A stretch of 63,444 nucleotides of DNA, filler included, from Intoshia linei (lineage: Eukaryota; Animalia; Orthonectida): the NCBI GenBank assembly GCA_001642005.1. It is 7 parts of 7 records of this genome, joined end to end, with 100 filler letters (N's around TTAATTAATTAA, not from the genome) between each part and the next. Parts side by side here need not be neighbours in the genome. Positions count along the whole stretch, not along the records: positions 11,220 to 36,441 come from LWCA01000505.1; positions 36,542 to 41,593 come from LWCA01001834.1; 5 more parts are not named here. One strand, given 5' to 3'. Below the pieces are notes generated by a model. The model was not told the origin of the DNA. It searched no databases and saw only the letters and a list, made by a program, of their open reading frames with translations. The position numbers were made by a program, and so were the translations under genes. Below are positions 25,033-37,364 of the stretch, one piece after another (position 1 is the first letter of the stretch; every line of letters starts with the position of its first letter).

Positions 25033-27505
25033 TAAAATCTTTAAATCTTTACTTACGTTAGTTTAACTACAATATATGGCGTTAAATCCATTAGATTCAT
25101 TAAAGACTATCCATACATTAACAAGGAAATGTGAAAAGTGTAGATAATAAACCTCCATTCAATTTAAAATTTAAATTATTTACTGTTAATTATTATTATA
25201 CTGTATAATTTATACAGATATGTATTATATTAATATATTTAATTGATAAAAATGGACCATAAGATAAATATTTACTGTGTAGCGAAGAGTTCCATTACAT
25301 GTTAAACTTGAATGAAAACCTGTTATGCCTCGTAGAATACATGTACAACAGTTTGCTTGATTCTTAGGAAATTAAAATTATCAAAGCGTATTTCACCAAA
25401 AAACAATTTTGTCTTTAAAAATATTAAGGAATGCAACAAAAGTATCACTAGACGCGCTATTACAGTGATAATTAACTTGTGGAAACTACATATGAATTTG
25501 ATATGTCAGATTTTTAATTTTTCGATTTCGGCTGATGTAATCATTGTGAAGTAATATTCAAAAGAATTGGATTATACACCCGCTATCAAATTCATTTATT
25601 TTATTAAAAAAAGATCGTCGGTTCAATTGAGACCGTGGACGATGACAACGACGCGTCGTGAAAAAGAATTTGAATGGTAATCCATTCATTTTACTATGAT
25701 ATTAGCTGATAATCTTCAATTTTAATAAATCTTTACAATTTAATAAAACTATAAAACAATAAATTACAATAGGTTGGTATTTTGAAAAAGGTTTCATTTA
25801 AATTTAGGAGGAAAGTTTTTTCTGTTTTTAATCAGATGAAATAAATTATCAGATTTACTGCAGTTTTCTTCACTTAGAGTTAAGCTTGGTTTTCTAAATG
25901 AGTAACTATATTTATACTTTTTATATATGGATATTAAAATTTGGTCAAATTGAAGAATTTAATATCATACCCGTTTATTACCGTGTTCGGGCAAAAAAAT
26001 TTCAGAAAATAATTACTAAAAATGAATACCTTGCAATACGCAATTTATTTCTATCATCTTCTCTTGGAGATGCTTTGTATTTTGAATTTCTTTTGAATAT
26101 AATGGAAGCACTTGTCATAATATTTTTATTTATAGGTTCTACAATATTAATAGTTTATTCACATTAATTAATAAACATATAATTGTAAATATAAACATTA
26201 AATTAAAATATAGCCAACACTTCCTACCGATTAAAATACAAAATATATCGCCAGTGTGAAATGCATTAAAACATTGTACAGTCCGACCTCGGATTGGGGA
26301 ACCATTTTTTGAAAAGTGCCCCAAAAACAGGGGTTTTAGTAAATTATCTAATTTTTCATTGAATATTTAAACTATTGCAATACATTATATTATATTTGTT
26401 TCTATTAGAGTACAACATTGTTTAGGGCAGTGGCTCCCAAAGTGGTCCACAGAAAATTCTAGGTGGTCCACAAGAAAAATTTTTAATAAAATGTGTAATA
26501 ATTAGAGCCATTCAAATCGGATGTTCTAAAGTCGTTAAGCAACTACATACAATTGTGTACATTTCATATAATTTTAAATAAAATGTAAAAAAATAAACAC
26601 AATTATATAATTCACAATGATGCAAACTTCTTTAAGAGCATCCTAAAAATCTTGCGTAACCTAGTCATTATGCTCTATGAATGGCTGTAATAATAATATA
26701 CTATATTCAAATACTGAACTATATTATTTATTACCATATAAACTAATATCAACATTTAGTAGCCACACAATCAATTATCACTTATCAAATATTACTGAAG
26801 AGCAGATATTATTTTAATTGTTTAATTCTTTGAATAAAACATTTGATATTTACATTACTTGTTGTAGACATATCATTAAAAAATGAAGATAACCTTTTTT
26901 TAAACAATATTAAATTAAAATATTATTCATTATTGATTACATGATTATGAAAATGTATGTAAAATATTTAAATAAACATAATTTTAATTTAATGTCATCA
27001 CTATAGGAAGTATACTTATATATTTTATAGTTACAACATTTTTGCCCCAAAAACCGAGTATGCCCCAAAGCGGGGGGCTGTATTACCAAATTTACATTCT
27101 GAAAATATTTGTGTATACTTCAACAATACCTAGGTTTTATAGCGGTCCACTCACCCATAATACTAATCACTACAATTAAGTACCGTATAGCTGCTACACC
27201 ATTATGTGAACAATTTTACTTACCTGAAACTATTAACACAATACCTAAAAGTGAATAAATTATAAACTTATTGATGGCATTTTAACTAAACCCATAAAGT
27301 GGGACTAGGAATAGTAACACATCAATACCCAACTGTATGAACCCAATAAATTATTGAAAATATAATATGTAAAATTTTGATTATTATTTAGACTTGAACA
27401 TGATTTTTCGACAGTCAAATTAAGGAATAAATAAAAGACCTCAATTTTTTATTATTTGTATATAAGGTCTATAATTTACATCTGACGCTGAACTAATTTT
27501 TTACT

Positions 27506-30500
27506 TCATAACCATGATTGTAAATAGTCTGTCAAACCTATGATACATCAACAAAGATAATTGTTGTATGCACAAAAGTATAAAAAACATTAATTATTAT
27601 TGAATACAATATAATATACCTAAAAGTCGACTAAAAGAAGGTTTTGATAAATCCTGCCACTTTTTAAGTATATTTGATCCTACATTTTAATATATAAATA
27701 AAATCTATAAAGTAAATGGCAGTACATAAAATATTATTTAAAATGTTTACAATACATGTACAAAAGTAGAGGTCATGTCATAAAAAAACTACAAATAATA
27801 ATTTTCATAATGCGTCAGTACATGTATTTTTAAAGTTTCTAAAGTGACGACTTACATACATCATAGTTATTCATATTTCGTGTAATGTACATAAATTATG
27901 TACATAATGTAATGCATATTAACCTTCCATTTTTTTAACCAAACGTAGCTTTTCATTGACCGAAGCACTCGATGAAAGTCTAGACATGTGTATATATAAA
28001 AATGTTACAAAACTATTACTGAAATGGTGAAAAATCACATTTTTTGTGTGAATTGTCAATTGTACAATTCAATTCTGATTGGCCCAAACTATTAAATAAA
28101 TACTATAAAAAATATTCAAATAATAAAACAAGATACCCAGTATCTGTCATGATATCGTCTGTACTTGTACTATTTTTCATATCAAATCTATCATTTTCTC
28201 TTCTTCTAATAATATCATCAACATATTTCATAGTATTTTTATATCGTTCCATTTTGAGGTTTCTACATGGACATGAACAGAAATTGATATACAGATAAAA
28301 TCAAAATGATTATAAAATTGTACAGTGGAATCTCTTTAATGTAAAATCAATTATTCTGGTTTATTCAAAAATATCACTCCAAGAATATATACACAAAGCT
28401 TTGTCTTAAAGAGGTTCCACAGTAGATTATTTATTTAGATAATTTCAATTGATACAGTCATTGTCCTAAGTCATTTCTAGGAATTTTTTTCATTAACCTA
28501 AACCCCATTTTAAAATTTAGTAGAAAAAATGGCTGGGTAAGGTGATAATTTCATTTGACTTAATCTTAATTTAATTACATTAAACTGCAATCGGTGTCTA
28601 CGTCATGAATGTTAGTTTTCATGTCTTCTGCCAGAGTAGTGAACGATTCTTCATTATTTTGATTATAGGATCTGCATGCCAATATTTCGTCTTGGTTGTC
28701 ATTTAATTTGAGACGAATGCTTTCCATATTATCATTTAAATCTTTTAACTAAAATAATCAAATTTATATAAAAACTGACAAATTGGAATTTCTATTCAAT
28801 TTCAAATTCTCGTAGAAAATACAAAATTAAATTATGATCAAGTGAGTGTGTAGTTTAGTCTTTATGACTAGCACCTTTACCGTTAGTAAATTCGTCTCAC
28901 AAAAGTTCAGCAATTGAGAAGTAATTTTTATCGAAAAGGTGGTAAAGATTGATTTTTCATTCAGGGTAAGTGACGTAACGTTGAGTATAGTCTAAGTTAA
29001 ATAAAAATGATATTAATTTTATTTTTTATTTTTATGTGATTTTCTGGTTAAAAGTGCGCCCATGGGCCGCATGCAGCCCGCCAAATACATTCATCTGAAT
29101 GAACATTAAACATCTAAAGATGTTTAATGTTACTAAAAACGTCCTTATTTACATTATTGGCATCGCTAAAAAAATTGAAAATTTGTATGAATTTGTAACT
29201 TTTTGAATTGTAAAAATATATCAAGTGCGATAAAATTGCATTTAAATAAAAATAGATATAAAAGTATTGTGGTTTCGTGACCTAACTTGGTCTACCAAAT
29301 TTTTAAATAAAGTATTTTGGCCCTCGCTAAAATGGAATTTTAATAGAATGCTATATAACATTACTAAAATTAAGATGTACCATATAGCGACAGTTATCTT
29401 TTTCCATAACAATATCAGTAATTACATTATTTAATTTGGTATTAGTTTCTATACACTAAAATGTAAAATATAAAACATATAAATACATATTACAAATATA
29501 TATAATATACTATGTTGACTGTTATGTACTACGTACAAACAACACCTACCTCTGCCAAGAGCAAATTTTTATTTTACCAAAAAAATAAATTCACGTTGAA
29601 AATCGAACTTAAAAATTGTATTATTTACAATTATTAATCCTTTAAAGCAGTGTTTCCCAAGTTTGTTTTAAGTGGAACCGTTATATCACATTACTTTTTA
29701 CTTTAAAGTGAATTATTCCATCTTATTTTTTTGTTAAAATTTGATTAAAGAATTTTAAAAACAATTGTTAGCCCATTTTTTTTATTTATTAGACAGAATG
29801 TGTATAATATTAAAAATAAAGTAAACATAGTCCATTCTAAAAATTGTCAAAAATAGCATAAATTCCAGAAAAAATAAAATTATAAAAATATATTTTGTCA
29901 TTTTCAATTTGATGATATATTAATATTATAATACCAATTATGTATCAATAATTAACCGAATCTTCACTTTATAAACATATTTCAAACGAATTTACCAAAT
30001 ATTACAAAGGATTGTAATAAATATAAAAATGATACTAACAAAGTTGTATTACTTTTAGTAATCCTTGTTGTAGTTTTAATTTAAATTTTAAACGAAATGT
30101 TTTGGAAATGAGAATTTGAGATTTAAAAATTGCGTAGAAATGAAAAAAATTTCGAAAGAATGAATTATATAGATTTTTACCCATATTTATTGGAAAGTTT
30201 ATACGTTCAATGAATATTTTTTTTGAAATTGTAGAATCAATATTTACATTTTCAATTTTTATTTTAATCGATTTATTTGAAAAATATTGGTTGAATATAT
30301 TAAAAGTATTTTTCACCCGGGAATTCGTTGATTTCTAGGGGTGAACTTTTTTAATTATATCAACTGGAATAAGTTCTATTAGAATAATTTTTTTTTTTAA
30401 TTTTCGGACCGTCAATTATTTCACATTTTTTGTTTTAATAAAATATTTCGGAAAAAAATATATATTTACTAAAATGCTTTTTTGATCGTGAAGGCATCAC

Positions 30501-33500
30501 TTATTCAGATTGAAAATTTGTGTGTGTTAAAAGAATACAATTGTACCACCTATCCATTTTTTTAAATTCTAGGGCTGTTTTCATTAAAAAAAAAAGGGTA
30601 ATTTGTGGTTTTTGCCCTGAAGATATATTTTTTTAAATTTAAATTTATGATAATATTTATGATTTTAAAATCCGTATCAGAGTATATATTTTTTTAAATT
30701 TTCCCATTCGTTTGATTTTCAAAAAAAGGACAATTGAGCTTTTTGTTCAAATTATGGTAAAAACGGCACAAACAAAAACGGCACAGACAAAAACGACACA
30801 CATTTATAATTACGTACTTATCATAAGTAATCTTAATAATTAGGTTAATCTTATGCAATGAAAATACAATTGTATTGATATGGTCACAAGTATAACTTAC
30901 GATAAAATTTACGGAATGAGTGTATTATATTAACTAAATTAAGATTAAAATTACTTATGATAAGTATGTAATTATAAATGTGTACCGTTTTTGTAGTGTG
31001 CCGTTTGTGTTTGTGCCGTTTTTGTAGATTACCTTTTGATCAGTAAGATGTGAGTGTGGGAGGTTTAAATTTATTTTGCTAACAACCCCGAAAAAACTGT
31101 AATTGAAATGTGGAGTTTATAAAATTCTAAGACTGGTAGTTATTGAAATAAACGGTAACACACACACAAAAAAATATTGCATAGCATATTATATAAGTAA
31201 AGATGTACTTTTGTCACGATGGCATGAAAAATTAACGTGAAAACCTTAAAATTAAAAAATTATCTTAATATTGTTACGGTAGTATTTTTTTCTAAAAATG
31301 TATTTATACACCTTTATCGAATCAAATTATAAAAAGCAGTTTAAATATTACACTGTTTAGATTATTTTCCAGCGTTTTAATTCTAAGTTTAAGTACATCC
31401 GTTTCAGAAGTAATAGTTTCGTTATGAATTAATTCTTCTTCCATATTGTTCGTGAAATTTTTGATATTATTCGACAATTTATCTGAAATATTAAACTGTA
31501 CTATATATATCGTATAATGTGTCAATGTGAACTGTGAAATGTACACATTCCACGGGCAAGTCATAGAATGTACACATCTCATGGATAAGTCGTACAGTAT
31601 ACAGTACAGATTAACGTAACAAGGCAGGATATATTATTAAGATTAAAAATAATTAATTCAATTTATTAAATATAAAATTTATAACTGGAAACACGATATT
31701 TGACACATAAATCATTGATAACTAATCAATTATTTTATTTTCTAAAAATCTTAAAAACCCCTCTTGAAAGTTTAGTTCAAAAAAAATCGTAATTAAATGA
31801 AAGTTTTACAAATACAAATCAATTTAAAAATAAACATGAGCTTGTTAATTTAACTGAATTGGTAAATTCGTTGTTAGCAAAGCATCAATTATGTATCTAA
31901 CTCTGAATTGGCGTCTAAGACACATTCTTAGTCAAATACATTCTACGACTTGCCCGTGAAATGTGTACATTTCACAGTTGTAGACATTCTATGCAACATA
32001 TATAATCACAATACAATTATATTTTAAAAGTTTAAAATTATAAGAAAGTCCATTTTTTAAAACATTTTAGGGCCATTACAAATGTTATAAAAAGATATAA
32101 TGAAATAAATCAGATAATATATTAAGATATTAATATTAGGTATAGAGCAGAGTTCTGCAACAAAGTTCGTAACACGATTCGAAGTGTGATGAATTTATTC
32201 GTGTTGGATTAAATTTAGTAAAAGGTAGTTCGCAGTGTTAGAGTTATAATGTTCTATCTGCATTTTTGTCAAAAATGAGGTTTTTAATGAAAAATGTTTT
32301 AAATCATATCTTTTACATTTTTACTAAAAAAATTAAGCTTGCAAACGTATTATTTTATGATATAACGAACATTTACTGGTTCAATTACTAAATCTCGACT
32401 TGATAATTCCTTACAAAATTATCAAATTCCTATTCAAAATATCCTCACAGATTCTAAAAAAAATAATATATTAAAAGTATGTTAATCAAAATAGACAATG
32501 AGTAAAGAATTTTATAATTTTAAATATATAAATTGATAAAAATGTTAAATGTTAACAGTTTCTATAGAATAATGTTCTATTTGCAATTTTTTCAAATCAA
32601 ATAGACAGATTGTTCTATTAGTGAAATTTAAGTTCTGAAAAACCCTTATGTTTTTATTTTTATCGTACGAAACTTTTCAATATACTTTAACAAATATTAA
32701 AAAACTAAATTGTATAATTAAATTTCAACATAAAAATTATATTTTAGACAATATAGTACTTTTAAACTTTAAAGTCGATTTAGGAAAAACTATGTTTTTG
32801 CAAATAGAAGATTATAACTCTAACACTGCGAGTTATTGAACGATTGTTACAGATGAAATTTTAAATTGTGATCGGACCGTATTGCAGAACTCTGATTTAT
32901 ACCTATTATTAATATCTAAACATATCATCTGATTAATTTCATTATATCTTATTATTTCATTCATTACTAATAATAATTGGGTAATTAAAATTAAAATTAA
33001 TTGAACCTAGAAAAAATATAGTCAATTTAGTCAAATTATTATTAAACGTAATTGTAGCATTAAGTAATTTAAAAAATATTTACCAATTTTATTCTCATAT
33101 TTTTCTAGTAGCATATGTTCTTGAGTAGATAAATTTGATTTTTCCTTGTTAATATACTCCAACTATCGAAATGAATATAATTATTTTTTTATTTTATTAG
33201 CAACTAGTTTGACTGTTCTTAATTTATACAAACTGCAACTTACTCTGCCGAGGGCACACTTTTCTATATATTTTTTTACACTTTATTCATAATTCCATAA
33301 TTCTCCAATTTTGGATACATTTTTGAAATAAAAAACTTTTAATAATAAATAAAAGTAACACCCTATTACATTATCTAATATTTTTAATTTTCAGTTATCT
33401 GACCAGTTTAATTTATTAGTGGGTAACCCATAAGTGGGTTACCGGTACATTTTTGATTTAATGTGTACATTTAAGTTGATGCTTGTGTTTTCCTTTTCCA

Positions 33501-36322
33501 GTTTATCAATTTTTTTTTTAAAATGCTTGATGACATCCTCTAATTTTCCATAACTAATTTAATATTAAAATTACATATACAGTACAAGTATAATTATATT
33601 TATATGGATAATAATTTTAGAACATACAAACGGATTTAATGAATCCTCTCTATTTTTCAAAGGTTAAATATCACCAGAATCAAAATTAAAAATCCAATAA
33701 ATTTGTCTTTAATAAATATTAAGGTAAAATAACATCATTTTGATCAATTTTTTGTAAAATATGACAACCATGCAGCAAATCTAGCGGCATATAAAACTAC
33801 TCATATTATAATTGACAAATGACAATTTTATTTATTCTGCAATTTAAGTTAGTTATGAAAATTTTTAGGAATGTACTGTTTTTACTTTATTTTTAAGATT
33901 ATATCCTCATTTTCTATAATAAATTTGAAAAAATGGAATGACAAAATTGTTTTTAAAATTCTAAAGTGAGAATAACTCATTTTAAATTAAAAGGTAATGT
34001 TAAATGACCGGTCATGGTGAAACTAGTTTGTGAACCACTCCTTTAAAGGATTATTAATAGTGAATAGAAGTATTTTTAAATAAGATTTTATTGCATCTAT
34101 TTTTTTGGAAGAATTATAAAAATTTGATCTCGTTAGAGATTTCTGTTTTTTTTACGAATTATATATCATACACGTTAGTGATTAATGAAATAACAGGTAC
34201 CTGAGGTTCCTGGATTATTTTTTTACAAACTATTTTTTGTATATATCGTTTTCCAGGTACCTTTTAAAATCTAGTTTAGACCTCTTCGAGTGCCTTTTTT
34301 ATTAAATTTTCAATATAACCCCTTCCCTCTCAGAAGAAGATTCTAGAATATACAATTTATATTATACATGTATGTATATAGGCTCTGTATATTCTGTAAT
34401 AAACAATTAAGTATATTTAGAAAATTACGATTTATCGCAAGTTTCATGATGATCTTGACAAGTATCCTGTAAAAATATTAAATTACGTTCTTTCATCATA
34501 ACTGTAGATTGTAATGAATCAATCTAAAAAAAAAATCATAGGTTGCATCATATTGTCACAAAATTTTAACACCTTAAAGCTGAAATTTGTATAAATAGTT
34601 TGGTGCCGCATCAGTGAAGTTAATTTAGTTAAATATTAATATAATATATATAATAATAATAATATAAATAAAAAATAATAAAAACGTTTCCAAGTCAGGG
34701 GTCGCCAAAGTGGTACATAGACCTTGGGTCTATGAAAAATGAGGTAGACCAGCGACGTTCCTTCTTCGTGAAAATCTTTTACACCATAATATTTGTAATA
34801 TAAAAAAAACAGAAATATCAAAACTTGGCATAAATATTATTTGTCAAATATTGTATAATTATTATAATAGGTATGTAATAAAAAATATACGTACAATTAA
34901 ATTTTTTGCTTTAATTTGTTCAACTAAATTCAAATTATCGTCTTCAAGTTTTTCGCTTTTATATAATAATTTTTTTGCCACATCTCCAACCAATTCAAAT
35001 TCACTGTTTCTCTATAAAATTTTCATTAAAGTTTAAGATATAAATTTTAAATCGTATCATTCTTACCAGTTCGATATAATCCTCAGCAAGTTCAAAATCG
35101 TTAGAATCTCTAATCATGACTGTTATTCTTTCTCCACTTTTAACTATACAACAAATTTCAATTAGATTTATGTAAAAATATTGATAGTTTACAAATTAAC
35201 AATATTAGAATTTAAACGTTACAATGTTTATTTATTTTTAAATATTGGTGTGATTAATGTCATAAATATTCTTGTCAACACTGTATTAGTAATATTAATA
35301 AAAATAGTAAAAGTATTAAGCGTTTAAATGCATTGGAACTATTAAAACTACAAAAATAATTAAAAATTTGTATATTGATCGTTTATTATATCGGTTAATT
35401 TCATATTGATTCCATATAGTCCAGTAAAATAATTAGTCCATAACTGTCAACAATGTAGATTCTACATTGTTGATTCAAATTTCTTATTCACTTTATTGTA
35501 CAATGTATACGTGTTATATCGCATTAATATTATTATTGAAAAATGAATAAATTAACATAATTTACACGATTACATTGTCAATTTGTATATTATAACGTAA
35601 ATCTTACATACGACAATTATTTAAAGGTGTATTTATCACGTAATTCCAATATAATTTAAATTAATATTAATAAAATGAGCATATTCCAATCTCTAAGATT
35701 TTCATTATATCGAATATTAAATGTAATTAAACCAAACTATAAGATATTTTCTAAATTTTATACGCAGTGTAGGATATAAACTAATTTTTGTCATAAATAC
35801 ATGATTTTACTTTTGGATATGGAAAAAGAACTCATTAGATTCCGTATAAAATGAGTTTAATTAAGTAAAATTTTAAATTCAAATAGATCTCGATCATATC
35901 CTAAATATGCGCCATACAGTATGATCTAAAAATTGACATTGTTAATTTGTAAATTTAATCCATTAGTCTCTTTTTTTCATAAATATAACCAAATCAACAC
36001 ATTAAAAACGTGAATAACTTTTAAATGTTTTTAATTATTGAATGTTACCATCTTGTTAGTGCTAACCACCACTAACTTAAATCAATAACAATAAGCGACA
36101 TATACATGTATTATGGATTACCCAAATATTCAATTAATTCAAACAGGTCCAAAGATTCCTTTTTCTCCAAATTCTTCAAAAGTCTTATTACACTAAATTG
36201 TTTTGATATAAATTTGTAGTAGTTTTCAATGTTTTTGTTATCATTTTCAATTATCTTTGATTTTTGGTTATAATTTTCAGTCTTAAACACGCATTCATGC
36301 GAATGAGATCTGATCAGTACTC
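27506..36322 (-). CDS. TRAK/Milton-like kinesin adaptor (HAP1_N coiled coil plus Milton domain), multi-exon; 5' end not found
   Basis: NSEFELVGDVAKKLLYKSEKLEDDNLNLVEQIK resembles HAP1_N DLELAARIGQSLL..L.EQ; IDSLQSTVMMKERNLIFL resembles QLRHELSMKDELLQF. Exons near 27924-27979 and 27620-27678 join as EKLRLVKKMEGSNILKKWQDLSKPSFSRLL, matching Milton [30 protein letters not shown]. Terminal exon is tentative. Confidence 0.8.
28323..28401. mobile_element. Short pogo-like MITE
   Basis: TA|CAGTGGAATCTCTTTAA ... TTAAAGAGGTTCCACAG|TA. Confidence 0.6.
29510..31203 (-). mobile_element. Non-autonomous Helitron copy with both ends, carrying nested insertions
   Basis: Minus strand begins A|TCTTTACTTATATAATATGC, has a (TG)n tract, and ends in the GTAC-xxx-GTAC hairpin with a degenerate CTAG at 29510. 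Confidence 0.78.
30756..31033. mobile_element. Long-TIR MITE (about 90-bp arms with AAAAACGGCACA subrepeats) inserted in the Helitron
   Basis: GGTAA..AAACGGCACAAACAAAAACGGCACA..ACATTTATAATTACGTACTTATCATAAGTAAT mirrored at 30950-31033; absent from the other Helitron copies. Confidence 0.8.
31510..32000. mobile_element. MITE with about 50-bp inverted arms
   Basis: AACTGTGAAATGTACACATTCCACGGGCAAGTCATAGAATGTA (31530-31572) is mirrored by TACATTCTACGACTTGCCCGTGAAATGTGTACATTTCACAGTT (31937-31979). Confidence 0.75.
32092..32950. repeat. Long inverted repeat (about 170-bp arms) containing hAT-like ends
   Basis: 32092-32265 mirrors 32795-32950, including CAGAGTTCTGCAA/TTGCAGAACTCTG and CGCAGTGTTAGAGTTATAAT/ATTATAACTCTAACACTGCG. 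Confidence 0.85.
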
Positions 36323-36680
36323 CTAAGATATAGTTAAAAAATATTTGTTATGTATAATCAACAAAATAGATCAGTGGTTTTTAACCGGGGGTGCACAGAG
36401 CTATTTTCAATTTTTTTTAATTACATTAATAAAATAATTAGNNNNNNNNNNNNNNNNNNNNNNNNNNNNNNNNNNNNNNNNNNNNTTAATTAATTAANNN
36501 NNNNNNNNNNNNNNNNNNNNNNNNNNNNNNNNNNNNNNNNNCTCTGTTATATAATATCAATAAACTGATATTTTATTTATAATTTTATTATAAATATATA
36601 TACATATATGTACATAATAATAAATATATTAAAATTTAATAATTAAATAAATTTATTAAAATAATGTAATTAATAAAGTA

Positions 36681-37364
36681 CAGTCAGACTTTTTGAAAGA
36701 GAGCTGATTATATAGAAAATAAACTTAGATTCATTTAATTAACAGTGAACAAAGTTGACATTTTTTTAATAAAAATTATCGCCCTTAAATAATGAACAAA
36801 GTTTTTTTGATTCGAAAAAGATTATCTGTTGGAGATGAAAAAGATATTATTTAATTTTATAAAAAAAAGCTATAATAAAAATTATAATATTATAAAAAAA
36901 GCTATATTTAATTTATTAATCAACGAAATTAATACAATAGAAGATAACCCTGAAAGCGATAGTGATAGTATTTTTGAAGAAATTAATATAGATGATGAAA
37001 ATAATTTAACATTTTTTCTACAAAATTTGAAAATAAAATAAAACTGGAAAATAATTTTGAAGAAGATGTAAAAGAAAAAAAATTACTCCTACGTTATTTG
37101 AAGTCAATAATTATCTTGATCAAATTAAAGCATGGTTTATAAAAAATGATCAAAAAAATATTTCAAAAATTTGGAATATAAAAAACATAGTAATAAAAAG
37201 TAAAAATAAAAACGAAGGCGATATTTCTAACTATATGATTAGAAAAAAGTGATGTATTAATTTTCTAATATAAATAAATTATTTTTCTTTTTTGTTTATT
37301 ATTTTTTTATAGTGAACATTAAAAAAATTCGAAACTAAATGTTCACTATCGAAAAGTCTGACTG
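36681..37364 (+). mobile_element. pogo/Tigger-like deleted element with remnant acidic transposase tail
   Basis: TA|CAGTCAGACTTTT ... AAAAGTCTGACTG; internal ORF 36829-37041 has the acidic EDNPESDSDSIFEE tract. Confidence 0.65.

Noticed and set aside
3194-36322. Apparent neuronal/calcium cluster (neurocalcin, PDE1, Milton)
   Set aside because: Mixed with housekeeping genes, on different strands and separated by gaps; no shared regulatory evidence.
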